In this document: positions 53,434 to 64,000 of the stretch, in pieces
How positions within the stretch are numbered: the first letter of the stretch is position 1
Layout: each line of letters begins with the position of its first letter
Assembly: GCF_036321535.1 (NCBI RefSeq)
Contig: NC_087472.1
Location: forward strand, 91,328,001-91,392,000
Length of the DNA: 64,000 nucleotides
DNA from: Camelus dromedarius
Lineage: Eukaryota
Reading direction: 5' to 3'
The notes under the pieces: generated by a model
What the model saw: only the letters and a program-made list of their open reading frames with translations
The model's database searches: none
What the model was told of the DNA's origin: nothing
Program-made: the position numbers and the translations under genes

Positions 53434-56020
53434 GTCTAGACTTTTCATTAGCTTCTCTAAGTTATTAACCCCTGGCCTGCTGCTTTCCAGCTTCTAAAAC
53501 CTAACTGCTCTAGTCTCTGCTCCTGTTCTCCCTTTTCTTGTGTACTATATATTTTTTTTTTAAAAATCATTTACTGTTGTATTAGTTGGAGGGAGAAAAA
53601 ATACATGTATATACCTAATCTGTTACTTGCCCTGAAAATCTTTGCTTTTCTCTACCTCGGTGTGATCTGGCTTTTGAGCTCAGGTTCTGAGGGATCCCTG
53701 TCAACAAGGCTTTTCCTCAGTCACTTCAGGGCTTCCTCCTCTTTGAGTTTGCCTCTAAGTTCCAGCTCACTTCCATCAAGCCATACAGTCAGCTGGGGAT
53801 GGGAGAGGAGAAGTTTTGGCTGTGATCATGTAGTCACATTGGCATCGATGGTAACTTCTCCCCAGTCACCTGGCCCCTGGTTGATAGTCTATAAACATCA
53901 TGTCTGCAACCTTCCCATCCCAAATTGAGGTGTTCTCCAGATTTTCAGGCTCTCAGCAACATGCTGTGAGCAGACTTCATGGGGCAGCCTGTCCAACCCG
54001 GCATTCCATGTTGTTGGCTTTCCTCCTGCTCCCACACCATGCTGGGCAGGAGAGAACTGAGACTTCCTGCTTCTTCAGGTCCTACTTGGTAGGCAGGGCA
54101 CAGACCTCTTGTACTCTTGGCTCCCCAAATGTATCTGGAGCCATACTGTTTCCCTCCACACGGAATTCCATCCACTGGGTCTATAGTTGATAAATATTAC
54201 GCCCTAAGTCATACGGTTCTGGATTCTGATGTTAAAAAGCTCAAGTTATGGTATCTCAAAAGCCATTTCTTTAAAACTATGACTTCTGTCAGAGTTTCTG
54301 AAGCCTATTTAGAAACTCGAAAGATGAGAGTTGCATTTTCACTCTGGTTTTTCCACAGTGATATTCTGACGTCTTGAAGGTGGAAGGCCCTCACTGCAGC
54401 CTGGGTGGGTGGAGTGGGAGGGTTGTGAAGTAACTCCATCACTATTACAACTTTATGATGAGTTTTCTCACTCTATTATCTTCTTATGTATGTAAGATTT
54501 GCCTTTTCACCTAGATGTTCACTTTGTTGAGAGCAGAAACATACTTAAGAAGTGTTTTCAGGGAAGAACATTTTCCTATCCTTGTCTGTCCAACATACAA
54601 GAATTACTTCATGGATTTGTTGAAGACCTTTAACTTTGTATCTTTATGGTGCATGACTGCCTGGGATATAGTTAGTATTTAAATAACTGGCAAATTTGCT
54701 GAACATATCTTGGAATAGTTCCAAAAGAGGAAATAAACATTGACAATACTACCCTTACATATTTAAAATAATTATGCTACTTATATTAACTTTGTACAAT
54801 AAAATTTTTACTTGGGAAATAATTACATGAATATAAAAAGATGCTAAAATTAAAAAAAAAAGGACCCTTATGATTAATTTTTTTCCCATTTGATTTGCTA
54901 ATTTCAGGCTCAAGTTGATGGGTCTGTTTTGGAAGCCCAGCCCTTGAGGTCAAAAAGGACCAGTTCTCCTTGCTGTTGTCTGTTGCCCCATTGCCAGGAA
55001 CACCAGTGCGTTCCTTTTTTAGAAAATGCAGCTGCTGGTTTCTAGCCTGTTCTAGCCACTCCAGAATCCGGTGCTAACTGCTAAGGTGGTGTTGGGTGGG
55101 GGATGGGGCTGTTAGAGGAAAAGCTCATAGTCAGGAAGGCTCCTTGGTAACTGGGGTAGAGATAAACATGTCAGTCGGGCACAGAGATATTTCCAGAACG
55201 TATTCTAAGTGGGAGGAGAAAGCCATCCTGGGCAGCAAAGGTAGATGAAGATTTCATGGTCCTTCATGATGGGTTGAGAGTCAGTTAAATAATTGACAGC
55301 AATGACAAAAATTAATTCAAGTTAAATGTCTTTTGATTGCCTCCTAAGTGCAGACAACTGTGCTAGTTCCCAGGGTTAAAGTTACAAAGATGAGTAAGAT
55401 ACAGCTCTCATTTTCAGCAGAATCTGCCACAAATTTCCTTTTTTCATAACCCACAAGCTGTGCTGCTTCCCCAAATTGCAGCTTCTCCATCACTCTCCAT
55501 TTCCTCTGGGGCAGAATACAAATGCCTTCGCCCAACTCCCAAGGGCCTTCAGAATCCAATTCCAGCTTATTTCCCCAGTCCTTTCTGCTTATGCTCAGTG
55601 TCCTGCACATGCTGAACAGGCCATGCCACCACATCCTCTTGTAACTCCGGGCCTAGGGATGCAACCCCTAGTCTTCAGTTTAACTCAAGTATCATCTCTG
55701 TGACTTTCCTCCTGTGACTTCTCCTCCTTTGCCCCAGTTTGTATTAGGGGCTTCTCTTCCTTTGTCCCACGGCTATTGTAATGTTCAGTAATATTGGAAT
55801 TGTGTCCAGTTTATTTTCTCCAATAGCAGAAACTTCTTGCAGGAGGGAACTGTGTCCTACTCAGCTTCATACCTCCAGTACATGCCACAGTCCTGGTATA
55901 TAGCAGGCACAGAATGAGGCATGGCTTGGGGAATGAATGAAATGAACTTACTGCCCGTTACTTTTGATACACCAACTGCCAATTTATAAAATTCCAATAT
56001 CCTTCTTCCCTATGGTTACT

Positions 56021-56039
56021 CACAAATTCTCTTTCCAGA
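56021..56039 (+). other. TASL: 3' splice acceptor immediately upstream of the TASL start codon
   Basis: ttctctttccAG (AG at 56037-56038) followed by A-ATG. Pyrimidine tract present, with a branch-like actcac at 56018-56023. Confidence 0.85.
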
Positions 56040-56942
56040 ATGCTGTCAGAAGGGTATCTCAGTGGACTTGCCTACCGGAATGAGACCCTCTGGAGTTGTA
56101 CATCTTATAACGAGCAGGTGGCTGAGGAAAAGGAAGAGGAGACCGAAGCCACAGCTGCATCTGCTCTTTCCTATTCCTCTGTGGATGAAACACAAGTCCA
56201 AAGTCTCTATGTGAGCTGCAAATCCTCTGGCAAGTTTATTTCTTCCGTGCGTTCAAGAGAGAGCCAACGCAGTAGAAATCCGAGAATCACAGTGGTGCAG
56301 ACAAACCCTAACCCTGTCTTTGAAAGCCCAAACTTGGCTGCAGTTGAAATATATAGAGACCCCAGCAGAGAGACCTATTTGGTTCCACCTTCCTGCAAGA
56401 GTATTTGCAAGAATTACAATGACTTACATATTGCAGGGGGCCAGGTGATGGCAATTAATTCAGTGACAACAGATTTTCCCTCCGAGAGCAGTTTTGAATG
56501 TGGTCCTTTGCTGAAATCGTCTGAGATTCCTTTGCCCATGGAGGATTCCATTTCCACTCAGCCCAGCGACTTTCCACCAAAACCGATCCAGCGGTATTCA
56601 TCCTACTGGAGAATAACCAGCATCAAAGAGAAAAGCAGTCTGCAAATGCAGAAGCCTATTTCGAATGCAGTGCTGAATGAATACCTGGAGCAGAAGGTGG
56701 TGGAGTTATATAACCAATACATCATGGACACTGTGTTTCAGGACAGTTCTCCTACCCAGATTCTGGCATCTGAACTCATCATGACAAGTGTGGACCAAAT
56801 TAGTATTCAAGTCTCTAGAGAGAAGAACCTGGAGACCTCCAAAGCCAGGGATATAGTCATTAACCGCCTCTTACAGTTGGTGTCAACTGAAATCAGCACT
56901 CCTAGTCTCCATATTTCTCAGTATAGCAACGTGAATCCATAG
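56040..56942 (+). CDS. TASL: TLR adaptor interacting with SLC15A4 on the lysosome (CXorf21), 300 aa, single coding exon
   Basis: Only long ORF in the window. N-terminus MLSEGYLSGL, internal CKSICKNYNDL and PISNAVLNEYLEQKVVELY, and C-terminus STPSLHISQYSNVNP match recalled human TASL. pLxIS motif SLHIS is encoded at 56904-56918. Confidence 0.97.
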   Translation: MLSEGYLSGLAYRNETLWSCTSYNEQVAEEKEEETEATAASALSYSSVDETQVQSLYVSCKSSGKFISSVRSRESQRSRNPRITVVQTNPNPVFESPNLAAVEIYRDPSRETYLVPPSCKSICKNYNDLHIAGGQVMAINSVTTDFPSESSFECGPLLKSSEIPLPMEDSISTQPSDFPPKPIQRYSSYWRITSIKEKSSLQMQKPISNAVLNEYLEQKVVELYNQYIMDTVFQDSSPTQILASELIMTSVDQISIQVSREKNLETSKARDIVINRLLQLVSTEISTPSLHISQYSNVNP

Positions 56943-57469
56943 AGAGGATGCTTCTATTCCTCTTTCTCAACTACTCAAATTCTAAGCAACAATTATTCAT
57001 TTATTCTGAGAATATGTCAGAAAGGGTTATGAAGGGGAGTCAGAGCTCGAGAAATGAAGGTTGGCTGGAGATCCGGTATGGAATAAGAGGAAATCTACTA
57101 ATATTTTACATGAAGGAATGTGGTGAGAGGAACTACAGTGATTTCAAAGCAAGGGCTATATAGCAACAAAGCAAAACTAAAAATCATCAGAGAAAAGGTA
57201 TGGTTCATTAAAGGGAATACAGAAATTGAGAAAGACAAGCCAAGTATGAATACACACCACAGCAAAACTAAAAGCCAAAGGTTTCAGGGTATGGAGTTTC
57301 GAATAGATTTTTCACCCAAGTAACTTTTTCCAAGTTGTTTCTTCTTGAGGGAAATGTACTGTAGAAGGCTGCTATATTTGGGGAGAAAGACAGGTTCAGT
57401 TTTCAAAACATGTTTATTTCTCTTTTCTCTATCCTGTATCCGATCATTTAAAATATATTCTTTATAAAT

Positions 57470-57510
57470 ATTAAAACGGTAGCAAATTGCAGTTGTGTTT
57501 TTATTTTTAA
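57470..57510 (+). terminator. Candidate TASL polyadenylation signal
   Basis: ATTAAA at 57470-57475 followed by GU/U-rich gttgtgtttttattttt about 17 nt downstream. About 530 nt after the stop codon. Confidence 0.5.
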
Positions 57511-60500
57511 TGATTGCTTAGCTACAACCACAAAACAGCCACTCAGATCTAATTCTGCTTACTGGGGGAGATGAAGTTTTCTAAATGCAAAATACCACAT
57601 AGTGAATATTGTTTTATTTTGCTGTGTTTGGTTTTCTTGGTGGTGGTAAGTGTCAAAAGAAATTTTGAATCTTTTCCCATTTTTTTCTCTTCCTTTTCTA
57701 CATGCCCTCTTGACCCTTGTGGAGCCAGGAAGGGGTCTTCTGTATCCTCTTATAAGCTCTAGGGTTCCATGATATCAAATTCTGCAGATTCATGCACTAG
57801 AACTATAATTTCACGAGAGCCTTACTGCTCTACTCCATTCCTCTAGCTCAGGGATTGGCAAACTAGGGTTCATTGGCCACATCTAGTCTGCCACCTGTTT
57901 CTTTTATTGAGATATAATTGACATACAACATGTTAGTTTCACGTGTACATGACTTGCTGTTTGCACATTATGAAACGATCACCATAATAAATCCAATTAT
58001 ATCCTTTTTGAACATCCATGAATTAAGAAATTCGACATCATTCCAGGTGAGTCTTTTCAAATGGTGGATGACGATATCCAGCCTGTGATAAACTCTACTG
58101 TCTAGGGTTTCTGCTCACAAACAAGAAGAAATCACAAAACTGAATAGGTCTACTGAAGTTCATGCCACTGCACTTAAGTAGTATATCCTAGATGATTGTT
58201 CCCTGGGGGTCTCAAATTCAACATATTTTAAACCTGAACTTTTTCTTATGTCCTTTTTCACATGTTCTACTTTCTTGGCTTCGAATGTGTATTAATGCCA
58301 CACCATTTTCCCAGGCACACAGACTGCACAGCTAATTCATATCTGTCTAGGGGCTAGAGGTGGGTACTTCCCTTCTCCCATGTGGAAGGCTAGAACCTGC
58401 TCGAGTTGGGCATTTCACTTTCCCACATCAGTTAAGCTCCAATAATACCCCAGCAGCTTAGGCTCTAGTTAACCAGTTTGTTTCTATTGAGGGCAGGTCT
58501 TGTTAAGACTTAACAAGTGCTCTGGCATATTTCAAAATGGTTCCTTTTCCCTTCCCTCTGCCAGAAGCAGAAGCAGGGTGTGAGTAATTTTTCTTGAATA
58601 TTTACTGTGTGAACCTGGTCTAGCTCCTGAAGGTAAATCTCACAATTGTGGTGGCCTCCTTATGATTGGGTTCCTCTAGAGTTTTTAACTCTCAGAGTTG
58701 CCCACCCTGAGCTTCCATCAGTTCATCAATTTCAGTTCAGGTTTTCCTATCCTGGCACCAGTTTTCAGGGCAGTTTCCACTTGTGAATCTCTGCTCCAAT
58801 AAGTGTGACTCCCTGAATTCACTTGTCAGTCTCTTCAATCTTGGGGGCAGTGGTTTGACCTGTGTCCTCCTCTCTATTATTCCAAGAATAGTTAATATTT
58901 CAGTCTGTTTAGCTTTTCATTTGTTGTTAGGATGACTTTCAAGTTCCTTACATGCAGAACTGGAAACTGAAAGTTGTTATGTTTCTTTATATCTTTTAAA
59001 TTTGGACCCTCCTTTCCATTCCCCTTGTTAGTGCCCTGGTCTGAAATTTCATTACTGGGCTATTATCATAGCCATCTTGTTAGTGTCCATCTGAAGTCTC
59101 TCTCTCTCCTTTATTGTAGCCTCACATCACTTCCAAATTAAATGTAACTGATATCATGTAATTTCCCCACTTTGAAGTGTTCTCATTATCTTATAAAATC
59201 CAAATTCTTAGCCCTAACACTCAAGGTCACCCATTATTTGTTCTATACTTAGCTTTTCAGACCTTCTCCCACTGCTCTCTCTTCACTCCTAGGGGAACTG
59301 GACTCTTTGCCTCTTCTTGAAGACCCCTGGTCCTATGTTTATTCCATCTTCTTTCACTAGAATGCCTTTATATTCCCATTCCCAGTTAGTTCTGAATTTA
59401 CCCCTTCTTTCCCTGAGCATTGCTGGCAATTCTGACAACTTTCTAAGACAGTTATTATTCTCTACATTTATATTATTTGTGTACATCTCTTACTGTCCCT
59501 GCCAAAATGGCAGTTCTCTGAGGAAAGGGGTTATTTATATTTGTAATCCTCACAAGGGCCTCTTACATTTAGATTATGCTTTTTTAAATGAAAAGTGATT
59601 AAATATTAGGTTTGGATTATTTTGCTTAGGGTGACTGGAAAATCAGAATCGTTGTATGTGTGTTCATTTTGACCTCTGTTTTGAACCTCTTTCTAAATTC
59701 TAACTTAATTTAGGATTGTAGGTAGTTAAGGAATAGGAAAATGTCTTTCTTTGTTCTTTGTGCTATTAAGGCACTGTTGGGAGCTGTTTTTAAAGCATGG
59801 AGATAGATAGAAGGCAGAGTTCTCTAATATTTTAAAATTTAGATAGATATAGTATAAATCATTTCTGGAGGTGACACAGTACCCCACTGTAGTACTGTAT
59901 CTGAGAGGGCTGTTAGGTGAAAGTAATCTTTTCTAAACTCAAACTGACATGGGAACAGTTAAATCTGATTTGTGAGCTATTGAAGTGTCATCTTTTATTC
60001 TTCTCAAAGACCTTAACAACTTGAAGGTGAGAATAAAGAGAAGGAAAGAAATGGAGGCTCATTTATTTTTCCTGATGTAGAAACTGATGTTCATCAAAAT
60101 CTTCTCTTGAATGACTTGCAATGATACAACTGATGGGTCATAAAAGTGTTCACTGAGTTTTGACATATTGGGTCACATTTTAATTTTATTTCTGGTGGAT
60201 TTTGGAATTCAGCTCTCTTTCTGTGGATGGGATTATGTCCCACTACTTAACAGTGGTCGTATTAATGACCACTAACTTGTACCATGATCTGTCATAATTT
60301 CCCAGGTCTTTTTCCCACTTTATTTTATTCTAAGTATATCAATCTAATTCCATATTTATTTATTCATAAAAATATTTTTCTCTATGAAGGGACCAACTCA
60401 TAGGCTCTTTTAAGAACTGAAACATATTCTCACTGATGGAATTGAATAGTACTCTGAACTGCAGAAAATGAAAATGGGGGGAAAAAACCTAGAGAATATG

Positions 60501-60997
60501 ACAGGTAAATTATTATGCTTTTTTATTATAACTATATGAGGGAGGTCATTAATATTTCTTGCCATTTCAGAGAGTATAATAAGAAAGTCATTTTTTTTAA
60601 TATCTACTTTTCCTGTTTCTTCATTCATTTATCCATCAAATACTCTCTGAATGCTACTCTATGTCAGGTAGAGTTCTGGGCGCTGGCACTCAGTAGTGGG
60701 TTCTTAATTGACAGGGTGACATCCCCACGCCCACTGTTATCTTTATTCACTACATGATATGCAGCACTGATGATGGAGCACTAACATTTTATTTTCTGCC
60801 TGTTTTACAGTGTTTTGCATAGTCCACATGTGATAAAGTAATTCTCAGAAATTTATCATGTTGTGAAGACATGTAAGCCTGATGCAAATTGAAATTTCTC
60901 TTATCCATGCCAGGAGGGCAGCTATTTCAAATAAGCAATTTTTTTTCCATGAAGAATAATACAGAAATTCCGTTTCAATTAAGAATGAGTTTCCCCA

Positions 60998-61291
60998 TAA
61001 AAAAACAAACTTACTGTTGCCAAAGGGAAAGTCAAGGGAGGGATAAATTAGGGATTTGGGATTAACAGATACACATAACAGATACATATAAATAAAGCAG
61101 ATAAACAACAAGGACCTACCATACAGCACAGAGAACTATATTCAATACCTTGTAATAACCTATGATGGAAAAGAATCTGAAAAAGAATATATATGTGTGT
61201 GTGTGTGTGTGTGTGTATACTTGAATCACTTTGCTGAAACATTGTAAATCAACTATACTTCAATAAAAATAAAATAACCAGTTAAAAAAAC
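60998..61291 (+). mobile_element. L1 3' end with internal (GT)n
   Basis: Degenerate TSD aatgagt(t/c)tccc(c/t)at at 60983-60997 and 61292-61306. Confidence 0.85.
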
Positions 61292-64000
61292 AATGAGTCT
61301 CCCTATGAGAAGACTCATGTTTTGTCCCTAGCAGCTACTTCACTAGTCCTGAGAAAGGAATTCTTGATTAGAGAGAATACTTGTCAGCCTGACAACTATC
61401 ATGATGCATCTTAGCAACTGGGAAATTTTAGTTTTCTCATCTATGTGAACAAGTGGTTGTTTTTTATATACCTCTTGTTTGAGTACTGAACTTTCATTAT
61501 TTCTATCTCCTGAGGTCACCTGGAAGAAATCCGTCCTCTGTCCACAAACTCCACATTTGGTCTTTTAAAATAAATAGCTGTTGACCGATTAATTTTAAGA
61601 ACCTCAACTAATTTGTCCCTGCCTGAGTGTTTTTTCAAGAAAGCTGATCTAATCCTGCCTTTCTCCAGCTTTAAGTCTCCAATGGTTTTTCAAGGCCCAC
61701 CTTAGCTACAGAACCTCCTCTGACCTGCCCTTTTCCCTCCCACTGACAGCCAGAAACTAGATCATTCCTTCCCTGCTTGCTCCCATACCACTCTCTTTAT
61801 ATTTCTAACGTAGCATTTACTACACTATAATATAAGCATTTATATCTTTGTCTTCCTCACTTAGATTTGAGCACGTTGAGGGCAAAGAGAATGTCCTAAT
61901 TATCTTTGCCTTTCCAGTACCTAGCATGTTCTCTGGCATAAAATAGGCAATAATTAAATTTGTTAAATTGAGTTAAATAAATACACTGAAAGCTCCCAGT
62001 AAAGTCCTGAGGAATTTTCAGGAAACATTAAATTCTTTTTATGTTTTATGAATCTGTACCTTTTCAGCAACCACTTGTTACTTGGTAGAATATTCCTAGT
62101 CCAAAGAATAAGTTATCCTATAGCAATTCAACGAGTTCTGCATCTTTTTACTCTTGATGAAGCATAATTGATCATTTACTGTATGACAGACTTTAGAACA
62201 TGTAACACAACTATCAGACCCTGCTATGCCCATTTTGTCCTATTTTTCCTTTCCAGCATCTATGAAAAATATGAAATAAATAATTTTGAGGCTATTCTTC
62301 CTTGGGCAATTCATTCCAAAAATATATTGTTTGAAATGGACGTTTTGAGCTCTGGATCAATCAAAATTTTAGCAAATGCCACAATAAGAGTAGAATCCAA
62401 AGGAAGTTCACCTACTTGGTTTTCTCCACAGAAGGAGAGGTATAAGTGAACTTACTAAGGGCCCTTTGTTCAGAAAAAATTATCTCCATATGGCTTGCTG
62501 GAGCTCACTTTGTGAAAAAGTGCTACTCAGACAAGGCTTGACTCTGGTTTGAATTCACCTCATCTTTCCACTTCCATCTCCTTTTTTTCCCTGCTCACTT
62601 TTTTCAGAGCTTCTTCTTACCCCCTGCACCATGACCCTTGGACATCTAAGTCTAGCAGCTCTTACCCCACCTGCATGCACTGTTTATAGGCCACTCTCCC
62701 CCAACCCTAGTAAAGCTAAGGTATTAATGGGCTGATGGATTACTTACCTAAAGAGATTTCACATTTTTAAAAGGGCTCCTGGACGAGAAAATGCCCTAGA
62801 CCACAGCAGTGGTGCCTTCAATTGTAGATATTCAGGCACTGTACCAGACTAAAGGGAAAGAAAATTTCACATCCATCTCAGATCACAACACAGAGGCCCT
62901 GGGACCAACACAGCTTTATGCTTTGACAGAGGTTGTGGGAGACTCAGTGTAATTTGAAGATGAGAGGCTATCCCAGACATTCCTAACGTAAGAGTTCACG
63001 TCATGGGTTTTCAAACTGTTCTTCAGTACCTGAAGATTTTGTGGAAGATCTTCAGAGATCACCAAGGTGATATGAGGGAGAGACCGAGAGAACAAGTGGG
63101 ACCGAGAGAACAAGTTGAAACAAGTGAACAAGGGAAGAGAGCAAGGCTCTTTCCTGCCCTCCACATGAACTAATAATTGTTGACTATTAATAATTATATT
63201 AATGTCATTTGACTAATAATAGGATAATAGTACCACTATCATTTTTTTTCATAATTTGGGTTTTAAATTAAGTTTATTTGAAGATCAAAGAGTTTTATTT
63301 CCAAAAAGGGATTTTTCAGCAACTGCTATTTAAGCTCACACACTCTGTGCCCAGGAATCCCCAGTTTAAAATGTAGATGTGTTTAGTAAAAACTTATTCA
63401 GCGGTCACTGTTTCAGGGTGTTAGTTATCAGATAGCTAAGCCTTGAAATGCAGCAGGTAGGGTTGAGGGAGAGAGTGGGCTACAGGGATGGAACATTTTG
63501 TGATGGAGACTGAAGAAATAGATAAGACAGAGCCATGACAGTGGGGATAATGAGAGGTGAGATTAAGGAGTGTCAAAGGCAAATATGCCTGCTTCATGAT
63601 TTTGCCTATGATGGGCCCTGCCAGTGATGCTAGACTTCAGCTTTTCAGAACTTAGAGATAGATCACCTGTCTTGTTTAATCAAACACATTTGATATTCTT
63701 TCAGTACCGAGTATATCAGAATGATAGCTCATGCCTTGCTTCACTACAAACACATACATCTCAAATTAATTTTTGAAAGATTATAACGCAACGGGAGCCG
63801 ACTGACACGGTGAGTGGGATATGCTGAATCCTTGTTTCCTATTTTTCACCCTTTCCTGGATCCACACTCTTTGCCACATAACTTTGCGTGTCCTTTTATT
63901 GAAAGAGGGATATACTTCCGTGCTCCTTAACTCGGAGCCTGGCCACATGACTTATTTTGGTCAGTGGGATGTGGGTGGAAACAACATTGTACCAGTTCCG

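Noticed and set aside
656..55703. Remaining short ORFs in the supplied track
   Set aside because: Most overlap repeats or low-complexity DNA, many start at non-ATG codons, and none resembles a protein family I recognise.
56948..57163. 71-aa ORF starting 5 nt after the TASL stop
   Set aside because: It lies in the presumed 3'UTR with no recognisable homology or coding signal.

Overview
Mammalian genomic DNA: AT-rich, CpG-poor and repeat-dense. It is probably from a camelid (tRNA-Ala-derived Vic-1-like SINEs) and X-linked by gene content. The only supportable protein-coding sequence is the single coding exon of TASL/CXorf21 (56040-56942, +), the SLC15A4-associated TLR7/8/9-IRF5 adaptor with a C-terminal pLxIS motif. 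Candidate immune-type promoter/enhancer clusters and 5' non-coding exons lie at about 35.7-36.1, 39.6-40.8 and 45.2-45.7 kb. The rest is L1, L2, MIR, MaLR/ERV LTRs and DNA transposons, often nested. Two things stand out. (1) An old, degenerate tandem array of about 25 copies of a ~131-bp non-coding unit at 15.5-19.6 kb, with CpG-decay signatures, internal dyad symmetry and a splice-donor/U1-like motif. (2) A non-standard L1 3' tail shared by three independent insertions (9.85, 32.3 and 36.8 kb), suggesting an L1 lineage with a replaced 3' end. Repeat family names come from recalled consensus sequences, not from a search, and boundaries lacking a target-site duplication (TSD) are approximate.
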